A stretch of DNA of 64,000 nt, from positions 1,582 through 65,581 of the forward strand of contig JAITJI010000101.1 in NCBI GenBank assembly GCA_031279015.1, read 5' to 3'. This DNA is from Spirochaetaceae bacterium. Its GTDB lineage: Bacteria > Spirochaetota > Spirochaetia > Treponematales > Breznakiellaceae. This document shows positions 45,986 to 56,200 of this stretch, piece by piece (positions within the stretch are counted from its first letter, which is position 1; each line of letters begins with the position of its first letter). The notes below the pieces were generated by a model. That model did not search any database and was not told where the DNA came from. It saw nothing but the letters and a program-made list of their open reading frames with translations. Both the position numbers and the translations under genes were made by a program.

Positions 45986-46663
45986 ATGAAGATTGAAACA
46001 AGCGAGTATTTCAAAAAACCGGATAAGGGTACGGTATTGGTAACAGGAGCCATTTTCCTGTGGGTATTTATCGTTAATTTTTCCTGTATCTCTTTCATTT
46101 TTCCCGTATTTGACAAATTCTTGACTGCCAGCGGTAAATTCTTCCCAAATGTATACAATTCATACTCAACTCCCACATGGCCCATGTTCTTTGTAACCAT
46201 CTTATACTTCATCATGGGTAACAATCCTAAAAAGAGCCTTGAGATATTCTGCGGCGGACTGTTTGGGTTTTTGATGACGCTGTTGCTTTTCTGGGCAACT
46301 TGGCAATTGATGGGACAAAGCGCGGTATTCAGAGGAGAACCGGGTTTGCTGGAATTCAAATACGCTTTTATTCCGGTTATTTTTGTTATATTGGGACTGA
46401 TCATCATGGGCGGAACCGTCTGTCCCCTCATTTTTAATAACGCAGCTTTTACCTATCTGATTGCAGGCTCGATCTCTATAGGGAAGTTCTATTATACCCC
46501 CAACGGAATAGAACTTTATACCCGGGAAATCGGCAACAACGTCCTTGTGTTCCTAATCGGCGGCGGGATTTTTCTTGCCGGCTGTATAGTGATTCAGAAA
46601 CTGCTGATCCAATGGCTGACGGCTCAGGCTATGAAGGCCGCCGCCCAAGCCGGGGCTAAATAG
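45986..46663 (+). CDS. hypothetical polytopic membrane protein (about 6 TM) with an Ala/Lys-rich C-terminal tail
   Basis: 225 aa and hydrophobic. AAGGAGG lies upstream of the ATG. No family recognised. Lies in a lower-GC patch, judged by eye. Confidence 0.6.
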   Translation: MKIETSEYFKKPDKGTVLVTGAIFLWVFIVNFSCISFIFPVFDKFLTASGKFFPNVYNSYSTPTWPMFFVTILYFIMGNNPKKSLEIFCGGLFGFLMTLLLFWATWQLMGQSAVFRGEPGLLEFKYAFIPVIFVILGLIIMGGTVCPLIFNNAAFTYLIAGSISIGKFYYTPNGIELYTREIGNNVLVFLIGGGIFLAGCIVIQKLLIQWLTAQAMKAAAQAGAK

Positions 46664-46686
46664 AGCCGGCCGCTCTGGAAAAAGAA

Positions 46687-46713
46687 ATCCGCCTGTGTGA
46701 CCCCCAGGCGGAT
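46687..46713. terminator. hairpin ATCCGCCTG-n9-CAGGCGGAT between convergent genes
   Basis: 9-bp GC-rich stem flanked by A-rich and T-rich runs (aaagaa / tgtgtttcttt), so it could act in both directions. Confidence 0.5.
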
Positions 46714-46738
46714 GTGTTTCTTTGCGGGAAAAATCTAC

Positions 46739-47494
46739 TTATCTGATCGAAGCGTAAAGGAATTCTTCAACAACAGGCGTCCACCATTCCATATAACCCG
46801 CCTTTGTGGGGTGGGTTTCATCTTTTAACCAGAGTTTCCGCTGTGCTTTGGTGATATTGTTGAAGTCTGCATCGTTCCAGAGGTCCAATACGCCGATATC
46901 CCATACCTTCGCCAGTTCGTTTAAGCGATCAACCATCTTAGCATACCGTTCGTCATTGCGCTTAGAGCATGAATAAAACAGCACGGGACAATTCCAGGTT
47001 TGTTGGGCATAGGTGATAATGTACTCTATGGCGCCGGTTATCGTGGTCTTATCGTAGGCGCTTAAATTACCCGTTGGTCCCACAATATCACCCAAATTAA
47101 GCATATCCACCGTACCGCCGCTGGTATCATTAGTGGAAAGCTGGCAAATAAACAGATCCACATCCGCGTTTTTGTCAAATTTTGAACCGAATTCCATCCG
47201 GTGAACATAGGAATTTTCATTTTTATCCATCAGGGTCGTACCCGTAACGGCTTCTACCACGGCGGTACATTGATCACGTTTGGCAATATAGTGGGGAAAC
47301 GCCATCCCCTGACTCCCGTAGCCAACCGTAACGGAAGAACCCAGGAAATAAAGGGTTTTGCCCTTCAACGGACTGTTCGTCAACACTTCTATTTTTTCAA
47401 CATCATAATCCGTTGAATTACCGTTTGGACCGCAGCCCGTAAGAGTTACCGCCGCCATCAATAATACGATAATTCCTATCGACGATTCCTTCAT
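46739..47494 (-). CDS. SGNH/GDSL-family hydrolase lipoprotein
   Basis: Lipobox LTGC. Block I FLGSSVTVGYGS, block III QLSTNDT, block V DETHPTKAGY. The start MKESS at 47494 is preferred. Confidence 0.8.
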   Translation of the reverse strand: MKESSIGIIVLLMAAVTLTGCGPNGNSTDYDVEKIEVLTNSPLKGKTLYFLGSSVTVGYGSQGMAFPHYIAKRDQCTAVVEAVTGTTLMDKNENSYVHRMEFGSKFDKNADVDLFICQLSTNDTSGGTVDMLNLGDIVGPTGNLSAYDKTTITGAIEYIITYAQQTWNCPVLFYSCSKRNDERYAKMVDRLNELAKVWDIGVLDLWNDADFNNITKAQRKLWLKDETHPTKAGYMEWWTPVVEEFLYASIR

Positions 47495-47644
47495 TGTTTT
47501 CCTCCAAATTATCAAACTAAGGGTAATTGTATTGCGTCATGGCAAAAAATTCAAGCATAACAAATTTTACGCTGCCATTCCTTCCTGTTGCCGGAACACC
47601 CCGGGCATGAAGCCGCCAAAAATTCCATAAATATTAAAAAAAGT

Positions 47645-47674
47645 TTGACAGATTCAAATTTTACCTGATAAAAT
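47645..47674 (+). promoter_or_regulatory. sigma70-type promoter, TTGACA-N15-TGaTAAAAT
   Basis: Same architecture as 45870-45899. Confidence 0.55.
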
Positions 47675-47689
47675 AAAATTTACCGGATT

Positions 47690-47711
47690 GTACATAAAAA
47701 CGTACATTCAA
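47690..47711 (+). promoter_or_regulatory. operator copy 2: GTACATAAAAACGTACATTCAA
   Basis: Again starts exactly 15 nt after the -10. Matches copy 1 at 21 of 22 positions. Confidence 0.6.
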
Positions 47712-47784
47712 CGGTTCCCAATCCGGTGTTCCGGATAGACATGGGTAACGTAGTTATCCCTAATTGAAATGCATGGAGGGTTTT

Positions 47785-49320
47785 ATGAGTGAAAAGTACA
47801 TTATCGGTATAGACAGCGGTACCCAAAGCACACGGGCAATCATGTATGACAGCAAGGGTACCCGGATTGCCAGAGGAGCGGCGGAGCATCCAAGGTTGCT
47901 TTCTCCGCATCAGAACTGGGTGGAGCATGGCGTGAATGATATTTGGGAAGCCCTGCGGACTGCCGTGGCGGATATGTTTACCCATTTTACGGGAAATGCC
48001 GCAGATATTGCCGGCATTGGAATATCCAGCCAGCGGGCCTGTTGTTTGGCCCTTGATAAGGAGGGGAACCTTCTTTACAATCCCATAAGCTGGCTTGATG
48101 AACGCTGGCGCATGAATATTCCCTCCCTGGGACAGGTTACCAATAATAGCCCGGACCCCTTGTACCAGTTATTCTGGCCTTACTATTCCAAAACGAATTG
48201 GTTTAAGTTCAATATGCCCGAAGTCTACGAAAAGACCGTAAAATACCTGGGGGTTTCCGGATATATAGGCTATAAACTCACCGGCGGCTTTTATGAATCC
48301 ATTTCCAACAGTATGGGCTGGCCTTATGATGTCATCAACTGGAAGGCCTATGACGGGGATGTGGAAATTGAGTCCGTAGGAATGCGGCGGGATCAAATAG
48401 CGGAGCCAGTTCTTGCGGGAACCGTTATAGGCAAGATTACTCCGGAGGCGGCGGCGGCCACCGGCCTGCCCGAAGGCTGCCCCGTATCTGCCGGCGCCGC
48501 GGATAAACAATGCGAACTTCTGGGCGCGGGGACGGTAAAACACGGACAGGCGTACATCACCCTTGGTACCTTGAGCGGGCTGGATATTGTTTGCAACGAA
48601 TATAAACCGGCGCCTGATTTTTCCTACTTCACCTATTTAAGCGCCTTCCCCAAACTTTACAATTATGAATCCATGGCGAACAGAGGTTTTTTGCTGATAT
48701 CCTGGTTCCGGGATAATCTGGGAGACGGATTAAAGGCTGCGGCCAAAGAAGCGGGAATTTCGGTGGAAGCCCTGCTGGACCGTGAAGCAGAGGCAATCCC
48801 CGCAGGTTCCGAAGGCTTGGTAGTCCTGCCGGATTGGTCGTCCTCCGCCGCCCACCCCAGCGGCAAGGGAATATACCTGGGCTTTGATGACCGGCATAAA
48901 CGGGGACACATGTTCCGTTCCCTGGTGGAAGGTATTATCATCCAGATCAAACTTGGTACCGCAAAAATGACCGATTACCTTGGCCTGCCCATCAACGAAC
49001 TCTATATCGGCGGCGGCGGCAGCAAGAGCAACTTTACCGCCCAGGTAATTGCTGATGTATTTAATGTGCCGGTGTATCGTACCAGGGAATCGGAGAACTG
49101 TTCTCTTGGCGCGGCAATGTGCGGAGCGGTAGGAGCGGGCCTTTATACCGACCTGGCAAAGGCAATGGAAGGCATGGGTAAAAATTATGATCAGTTCCTG
49201 CCGAATAAAGGCAACCACGATCTGTATGAAGCCCTGAGCGACAAAGTCATCCAAAAACTCTATCCGGCGCTGGAAAACATTCTGAAGGATCTGGCAGAAC
49301 TTACCACGAATAAGCAGTAA
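47785..49320 (+). CDS. FGGY-family carbohydrate/polyol kinase
   Basis: MSEKYIIGIDSGTQSTRAIMYD (phosphate-1 motif), and GGGGSKSNFTAQVIADVFNVPV...GAAMCGAVGAG (FGGY C-terminal motifs). The ATG at 47785 follows GGAGGG. Confidence 0.85.
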   Translation: MSEKYIIGIDSGTQSTRAIMYDSKGTRIARGAAEHPRLLSPHQNWVEHGVNDIWEALRTAVADMFTHFTGNAADIAGIGISSQRACCLALDKEGNLLYNPISWLDERWRMNIPSLGQVTNNSPDPLYQLFWPYYSKTNWFKFNMPEVYEKTVKYLGVSGYIGYKLTGGFYESISNSMGWPYDVINWKAYDGDVEIESVGMRRDQIAEPVLAGTVIGKITPEAAAATGLPEGCPVSAGAADKQCELLGAGTVKHGQAYITLGTLSGLDIVCNEYKPAPDFSYFTYLSAFPKLYNYESMANRGFLLISWFRDNLGDGLKAAAKEAGISVEALLDREAEAIPAGSEGLVVLPDWSSSAAHPSGKGIYLGFDDRHKRGHMFRSLVEGIIIQIKLGTAKMTDYLGLPINELYIGGGGSKSNFTAQVIADVFNVPVYRTRESENCSLGAAMCGAVGAGLYTDLAKAMEGMGKNYDQFLPNKGNHDLYEALSDKVIQKLYPALENILKDLAELTTNKQ

Positions 49321-49347
49321 GTTATTTGAACGGCAGCTAGAATCGGG

Positions 49348-49381
49348 CAGGAGGCTGCCTGTTATTTGGACAGCCTCCTGC
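49348..49381. terminator. hairpin GCAGGAGGCTG-n12-CAGCCTCCTGC between convergent genes
   Basis: 11-bp perfect stem, read directly, between the kinase stop (49320) and the cyclase stop (49461). Confidence 0.55.
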
Positions 49382-49460
49382 TATGCCGAATGGTTCCGCC
49401 TAATTGAGGTAAAAACCTCTGAAAATTAAAGTCTGTAGTGGCTTCCCTGTGCTAAAAGGG

Positions 49461-51629
49461 CTACTTGCTCATCGCCTGCCAGAAGCCCTTCCATTCGGCG
49501 GGGTGTTCCAGGTAATACCGGCACTGTTCGGCGTAGAAAAAGGCGGGTTTGTCCACTTCTATCAGCGCCTCAAAGCGATCAAGGGCGCCGGCAAAGCCGC
49601 CGGTGTAGAAGAGATCCCTGGCTTCGTCAAATTTACGAAGGATCTCCGCTTTTTCCGCAAAAACCGCCTCCGGCATGGGTTCATAGACAACGACCGGTTC
49701 CTTTTTACCTACCACCGCTACCTGGGCAAGCTTACGGCCAAAAAAAGTCCCCGCCCGGGCTGCCTGCTCAAAGGTGTTTTCGGTACACATCAGATAGGTA
49801 CCAAATTGCTTGTTTAAGCCTTCAAGCCTGGCTGCAAGATTGACCGAATCTCCAAGCATAGTGTAATCGAACCGTTTATTGGAACCCATGTTCCCCACCA
49901 CGGCGAATCCCGTGTTAAGACCGATCCGGGTGAGGAGACGACAATCGAATTTTTCCTTGAAGAAGTCCTGCCGTTCCGCCAGTTTCTGCTGACAGCTCAT
50001 GGATGCCCGGAGCGCCCGGGCGGCGTGGTCGGCATGGTTTAAGGGAGCATTCCAAAAGGCAATGATGGCATCCCCCTCATATTTATCGATAGTACCCCCG
50101 CTATCAAGGATGGTATCGGTCATAAAGGAAAGGTAATCATTCAGAAGTTCGGTGAGTTGTGTGGGATCCAGTTTTTCGGAAATAGAGGTAAAACCCTGGA
50201 CATCGGAAAAAAAAATGCTGATCTCCCGCCGTTCTCCCCCAAGGCTGAGGAGTTCCGGATTGGCCAGGAGTTGTTCAATAACCATGGGGCTCAGGTATTG
50301 GCTGAAGGCGGATTTGATAAAACGCCGCTGACTACCTTCGGTAGCGTAGTTGTAGAGGGTCCCCGTGAGGAAGGCAAAAAGGGCGCCGGTCATGGGGGCC
50401 ACCATGGGAACCCAGTACCCCGCCGAATAGGCGCTGATCCCGATCCCGGCCAGAATACCGATGGTTACCACGCCACCGCCCACCGTAAGGGTTATCCGTC
50501 CGGCAAAAAAAACCAGGAGGCTCATGAGGATAACGGCGCCCAGGATGATACCGTAGTTGGTCCACAGGGGTATTTCCCTGATAAAATCCTGCTGCAACAT
50601 GTTATCCAACATGGTTATATGAACCCCAACTCCGGCATAGACCGAAGAAATGGGGGTACTACAGATATCAAAGAGCCCCGGCGCATAATACCCAAAAAAA
50701 ACGTATTTTCCCATAAAGTCTTCAGGGTAGAGCAGGGGATCTTCTCCCCGGGCGTACTGTTCAACACTTTTAAGGATCTCATCGGCAAAATAGGGGTGGT
50801 ACTGTTCCAGGGCTCCCCGAAAACGGAGCAGGCTGGCGCCCTGTTTATCCACCGGTATGACATAATCATCCCAGAAAACCATCTGATTTTTTTTATCGTA
50901 CCGGACACCGGTACCCCCACCACCCGCCAGGTAAGCGCCTGTGGAAAGACTTGGAACCGCTTTGCCGTCAAAGAGGGCAAAGAGCCTGGTCCGGCGGATG
51001 ATGCCGTCTGAATCAGGCCGTCCGGTAATATTGCCGATAACCCCTGCGGCATTCCGCAGTTCTGCTATGGGGAATTGGGCGCCGATTGGTTCTCCGGCGG
51101 AATTCTCCGGGTCCAGGGAAAATTGCAGGATCAGATCTCCAAAGTCCTCAGGCTTGAGCAGGGGCGTTTGCAGATCCCCGGGCCAGGCGATATTCTTTCC
51201 CCACTGGGTACTAAAATAAACGGTCTGAACTACCCGGCCAAATTCCTTACTAGCAGCGACAAAGGCGGCGTCATCTTCCGGCCCATACACCGACGGTTCG
51301 GAAAAGATCACATCAAAGGCGATGGAATTGGCCGCCCCAATACGCATATAATCAATAATGTCCGCAAAGGCCTTCCGCGGCCAGGGCCAGGACCAGCCCC
51401 GTTCCTGATAAGCCCAGTCGATACTGTCCTGATCAAGGAGGATTATCATAATATCATCGGATGGCCGGGATGTCGTTGCTAAAAGCCGGACCCGGAAATC
51501 GTAGGTTTTGTATTCAAGAAATTCAAAGAAGCCTAAAAAATCCATCAATCCCACAACCAGAAATACCGAACAGGTAACAAGCGCCGCGGCAAGATTCTTT
51601 TTTAGTCCCCGGATCCGCTGCTTCACCAT
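49461..51629 (-). CDS. CHASE2-sensor class III adenylate/guanylate cyclase
   Basis: 722 aa. TM, then a large extracytoplasmic domain, then about three TM segments, then the cyclase domain (REISIFFSDVQGFTSISE...GDAIIAFWNAP...RIGLNTG.AVVGNMGS). Confidence 0.85.
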   Translation of the reverse strand: MVKQRIRGLKKNLAAALVTCSVFLVVGLMDFLGFFEFLEYKTYDFRVRLLATTSRPSDDIMIILLDQDSIDWAYQERGWSWPWPRKAFADIIDYMRIGAANSIAFDVIFSEPSVYGPEDDAAFVAASKEFGRVVQTVYFSTQWGKNIAWPGDLQTPLLKPEDFGDLILQFSLDPENSAGEPIGAQFPIAELRNAAGVIGNITGRPDSDGIIRRTRLFALFDGKAVPSLSTGAYLAGGGGTGVRYDKKNQMVFWDDYVIPVDKQGASLLRFRGALEQYHPYFADEILKSVEQYARGEDPLLYPEDFMGKYVFFGYYAPGLFDICSTPISSVYAGVGVHITMLDNMLQQDFIREIPLWTNYGIILGAVILMSLLVFFAGRITLTVGGGVVTIGILAGIGISAYSAGYWVPMVAPMTGALFAFLTGTLYNYATEGSQRRFIKSAFSQYLSPMVIEQLLANPELLSLGGERREISIFFSDVQGFTSISEKLDPTQLTELLNDYLSFMTDTILDSGGTIDKYEGDAIIAFWNAPLNHADHAARALRASMSCQQKLAERQDFFKEKFDCRLLTRIGLNTGFAVVGNMGSNKRFDYTMLGDSVNLAARLEGLNKQFGTYLMCTENTFEQAARAGTFFGRKLAQVAVVGKKEPVVVYEPMPEAVFAEKAEILRKFDEARDLFYTGGFAGALDRFEALIEVDKPAFFYAEQCRYYLEHPAEWKGFWQAMSK

Positions 51630-51645
51630 CCAATTCCGTTTTCCG

Positions 51646-52626
51646 CTATTTTACAGCCCTGTACCGGGCCCGGCGATAGGAACGGGTGTCAGGCACCCTG
51701 TATTCCCTCAGCCGGTTGTTCGCGTTCCGGATCCGGACTTCCGGCGAGGGATGGGTTGTGTTAAAACCGCCGGGATGATTTGCCTGATTCTTTTCCAGCA
51801 CCCGGAGCATATCAATGAGGGCGGAGGGTTCATAACCGGCGGCTGCCAGGAGGGACAGGGCTATCTCATCGGCGTTGAATTCCTGGGTTTGGGAGTAGCC
51901 GTTATTCACCATGGTGGCCACAATCTCCTCCACGGATTCATCAAAGATATCCGTCAGTTCCTCAAGGCTGGTTCCTTCGGTAACAGCCCCGACCATGGAT
52001 GAACCGGTAACGAACAGAGCCTTGGTGATCCGGCTGGTTTTTATCGCCTTGATGCTGTGTTGCAGTTGAATATGAGCAATTTCGTGGGCTATCACCGATG
52101 CCAGGCTGTCCTCCGAGTTGGCACAATTCAGGAGACCCCGGGTTATAAAAATATGCCCCCCGGAGGTGGCAAAGGCGTTGATCTCCAGGCTGTCCAGAAT
52201 CGCCACATGATAGCCGTTGTACAACGCAGGCCGGAGGGAATTGATCGCCAGGGTGTTCGCAATCATATTAAGATATTCGGTCATGGCAGGCGATTGGGTA
52301 TAAATTTTATAACGGGCCAGGATATTCGCTCCCACTGCCCGGCCAATGTAATATTCCTGCTCGGGGGTAATCTCTTCGACGGCTTTATTCACCGCTTCGC
52401 TGGACTGCACAAGGGCGTAAGCAAGAGACGGACTGATGTACCCCGCATCACCCGCGGCCTTAGCCGCTATGCCGGTGGCAGCCGCCAGAGTTCCGCAGGA
52501 AACCAGAATTCCAAAGGAAAGGATCCCACAGAAAATCAGAAGGCCATAGAAAAATGCGGCAAGAATGGGCCCTCTGATCACGGGAAACGGCATCCAGGGG
52601 ACGATCTTGTCTTTGCGGTTCATCAC
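51646..52626 (-). CDS. M48-family zinc metalloprotease, probable lipoprotein
   Basis: HEIAH zinc motif (VIAHEIAHIQLQH), lipobox-like LVSC, and NAFATSGGHIFITRGLL. Confidence 0.85.
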   Translation of the reverse strand: MMNRKDKIVPWMPFPVIRGPILAAFFYGLLIFCGILSFGILVSCGTLAAATGIAAKAAGDAGYISPSLAYALVQSSEAVNKAVEEITPEQEYYIGRAVGANILARYKIYTQSPAMTEYLNMIANTLAINSLRPALYNGYHVAILDSLEINAFATSGGHIFITRGLLNCANSEDSLASVIAHEIAHIQLQHSIKAIKTSRITKALFVTGSSMVGAVTEGTSLEELTDIFDESVEEIVATMVNNGYSQTQEFNADEIALSLLAAAGYEPSALIDMLRVLEKNQANHPGGFNTTHPSPEVRIRNANNRLREYRVPDTRSYRRARYRAVK

Positions 52627-53099
52627 TTATCCCCCAGGCTTAAATGTCCTGCCACAAGGAAGTTGTATAGCTCCTGCTGAGGTATACGCCAGGCCTCCAT
52701 GGCATCAATTTCGGCATAACTGATAACAGTATCCTTCCGGTAGGCATTTTCTACCTCTTCGGAGAATCCCTTCCCCGCCAGGGCGAGTTCGTTTGCCGAA
52801 GCGGTGTTCCTGTTGCCGGAAGAAATGATCCGTTTGGTGGTTAAATTGGCGGAAACTATCCACCCGGAAAGAGAGGGTTTTTGAACCGCCGCTATCTTTA
52901 CCCATTTACCGTTTTCCTCAAGCACCGTAACCTGATCCCCATATTCCAAAATTCCCAAGGTGTCCGCAAAGAATCCGGTTGAAGATTTGAGTTCCGCAGT
53001 CTTGGAACTCACAAACATGATTTTACCCTGCAAATTTTGGGCGGCGGCAAAAACTGCGGCCAAAACAACCAGGGCCATAAGCATAGAGAATCGTTTCAT
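52623..53099 (-). CDS. secreted SH3b-domain protein
   Basis: Signal peptide, then LGILEYGDQVTVLEENGKWVKIA...GWI (bacterial SH3-like). ATGA overlap with the M48 gene. Confidence 0.65.
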   Translation of the reverse strand: MKRFSMLMALVVLAAVFAAAQNLQGKIMFVSSKTAELKSSTGFFADTLGILEYGDQVTVLEENGKWVKIAAVQKPSLSGWIVSANLTTKRIISSGNRNTASANELALAGKGFSEEVENAYRKDTVISYAEIDAMEAWRIPQQELYNFLVAGHLSLGDK

Positions 53100-53278
53100 G
53101 GGTCCCTCGTCATAGTAATACTCTTCTTAAACATCCATTACCATCGGTTTGATACTCATAATATACACTGTTTTTCAATTTTATTCCATAAAAAGAGTGT
53201 GCAGTGATACCCGGCCAGGGGAAAAAGGAGGAAACTATACAAACCATGAACCCCGTGCTATGATGAATCGGGGATTAT

Positions 53279-56200
53279 ATGGGTACACCTGCTTTGGAAT
53301 ATCCGCTGTTATTCCACCGTTTGCGGCGGATACGGAAAGAAATTTATGCCATAAAGACACCGTTGTACGCCGAAATACGCAGATCTGCCGAACCCGAGCC
53401 CTTTGAGGAGATAAAGGACAAGGTCTTTGTTCCGGTACGGCCCGGGGAGGTCTGGGGAAAGAAGCTGGACTGTGCATGGCTCCACGTCCGGGGCGATGCG
53501 CCTCCGGGTCTGAAAAATCCGGTGATCCTCCTGAAAAATACCGGAGAAGCCCTGGTGTATACCCCGGAAGGGGAACCCCTTACCGGATTGAGCAGGGTGC
53601 GGGTCCCCTACGATTCCCCCCAAAGCGGCGGCTCCTTCCGGATCATCGATTCCCTGGATATCCGGGGTCCCACGGTGGAATTCTATGCCGACTGCGGTTT
53701 CAACGGTATAATGATGATCAATCTGGGCCGGGGCCGTTTTGGAGGCGCCTATATAGCGGAAAAGGATGATGGGGCCTATGATTATTATTACGACTACCTG
53801 ACTCTGCTCTACCTGGCCGCTGTCCTTCCCCGGGGAAGCCGGCGGACTGAACTTGCCGCGCTGCTTCGGCTCTCCTTCCGGCATTTTATCCGGGAGGGTG
53901 GTAGCGCCGGACGGGAGGTCCTGGCCCCGGTCTTTTCCCGATCCTCCGGCGTCGGTCTTAGTGACGGCAGGACCCATGGTTCTGTTGCCGCCGGATCTGA
54001 GCCCGCCGTCTTTAGCTACAGCGCCGTAGGACACGGCCACCTGGACCTTGCCTGGCTATGGCCCATCCGGGAAACCATCCGCAAAGCCGCCCGGACCTAC
54101 GCCAGCGCCCTGCGGAACATCGAAAAATATCCGTCGTATATTTACGGAACCAGCCAGCCCCGGCAGTTACTCTGGATCCGGGAACACTACCCTGCAATAT
54201 ACCGGCGGCTCCGGGAAGCGATCCGGGAGGGACGGATAGAGGTCCAGGGCGGCTTCTGGGTCGAATGTGACACCAACCTTCCCGGCGGGGAATCCCTGAT
54301 CCGGCAGGCTATCTATGGCCGGCGGTTTATTGTCGAAGAATTTAAACGGAACATGCGGATCTGTTGGCTCCCCGATGCCTTTGGCTTTTCCGGCGCCCTG
54401 CCCCAGATCCTCCGGGGTTGTGGTATGGAATATTTTTCTACTATTAAATTGACATGGAACAGGGTAAACGTCTTCCCCCATTGCAGTTTTTGGTGGCAGG
54501 GCATAGACGGCAGCCGGGTACTGGTCCACATGCCGCCCGAAGGGGACTACAACAGTAAGGCCCAACCGGGAAGTCTGCTTGAGGGGTTTCGGAAGTACCC
54601 CGAACGGCATCTTGGGAAAGCGCTTTTGGTGTACGGCGCCGGGGATGGCGGCGGCGGCCCTAACGAGTCCCACCTGGAACTCCTGGAACGGGAGAAGCGG
54701 CTTCCCGACCTGCCCCGGATAGAGGAATCTTCAGCCCTGGATTTCTTTGAAGAACTGCAAAACACCGGAGTTGAGGATGTGTACACGGGGGAACTCTATC
54801 TGGAGAACCATCAGGGCACCTATACCACCCAGTCAAAAAATAAATACTATAACCGCCTCTGTGAGCGGTTGCTCCACAATGTTGAGGCCCTGGCAGTATT
54901 CAGGCTGGTGAAATCCGCAAATGCCGGGGTATCCCCGGTGGAAAAGACCGTTTCACCGGGCGCAGCCTATCCCCGGGCCCTGCTGGATGAGGTTTGGAGG
55001 GAGGTCCTCCTCTACCAGTTCCACGACATCATCCCCGGATCCGCCATTACCCGGGTGAACCGGGAGGCGGTGACGGGGTATCAAAAAATCGTAACATGGC
55101 TTGAGGGGCTTATCACAGAGTTGCTGGCGGATCTTGGCAATTATGCCGCCGGTATCCCGGACGATGATACGCCGCCCGGACCGGACCCGGCAAATCAGAG
55201 GCCTCTGACCCTGGTAAACGTAAGCCCCTTTGAACGGGATGAGTATTTCCGCCATGGGGACCGCTGGTTTTACGCCCGGATTCCCCCCTATGCCGCCGTG
55301 ACCGCAGAAACCGCTCCGGGACCGTTCCCCGGGCTCCGGGCCGACAGGGACAGCCTGGGGAACGGCATCCTGACCCTGCATTTTGGCAGGAATGGGGAGA
55401 TCCGTTCCTGTGTTGACGAAGAAGGCCGGGAGTTGGTAGCGGGAAGGCTCTCCCCAAATACCCCGCGGGGGAACTCCGCTGAAAGGGCCGGCGCCCTGAA
55501 CCGGCTGGTCCTCTTTCGGGACAAATTCACAATCCCCTTCAACGCCTGGAATATCGATCCAAAGTACCGGCGGCGGCAGAGAAAGAACCTGCGTCCTGAT
55601 TCGATCACGGCGATGATCGATGGTCCTCGGGCAATACGGATCTGCCGGTACCGCTTTGGCAGATCCACTCTAACCCAACGGGTTATCCTGGAATATGGCC
55701 GGGATCTGGTCACTTTTGAGACCGAAGTGGACTGGCATGAACGGCACCGGATGCTCAGGGCGGAATTTTTTCCCCGGAATTACGGAGACAAGGCAAAATG
55801 TGAAATCCAGTTTGGACATATCCTCCGGAGCACCACCGAGAAAAATCCGGTGGAGAAAGCCCAATTTGAAGTATGCGCCCACCGCTGGGTTGCGGTGGAG
55901 CGGGATGGCCGGGGCTTCGCCCTGATCAACGATTGTAAGTATGGCCACCGCCTGAAAAACGGCCTTATCAGTTTGAATCTGCTGCGGGCGCCCACCTTCC
56001 CAGACCGGGAAGCTGATCGGGGGTTCCAGCGTTTTACCTATGCCTTTTGTCCCTTTGAAACCAGCGATCCGGGCAAGGCGATCCGGGAGGCTTACCGGTT
56101 GAATCATCCACCTCTGGCCGCCTCCTGCGGATCCTTTGACAGCATGGTCCGGGTTTCGGATCCCCAGGTGATTCCGGAAACGGTAAAGGCTGCCGAATCC

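Noticed and set aside
53225-53262. Mini-ORF MNPVL preceded by AAAGGAGG, upstream of the mannosidase gene
   Set aside because: The Shine-Dalgarno-like sequence is about 14 nt from the ATG, and a 5-codon ORF cannot be supported from sequence alone.
53309-54040. 243-aa minus-strand ORF; the same reasoning applies to 61252-62010, 50157-51011 and 28782-29537
   Set aside because: These are shadow ORFs opposite the GH38 mannosidase, alkaline phosphatase, CHASE2 cyclase and PhoR-like genes respectively.
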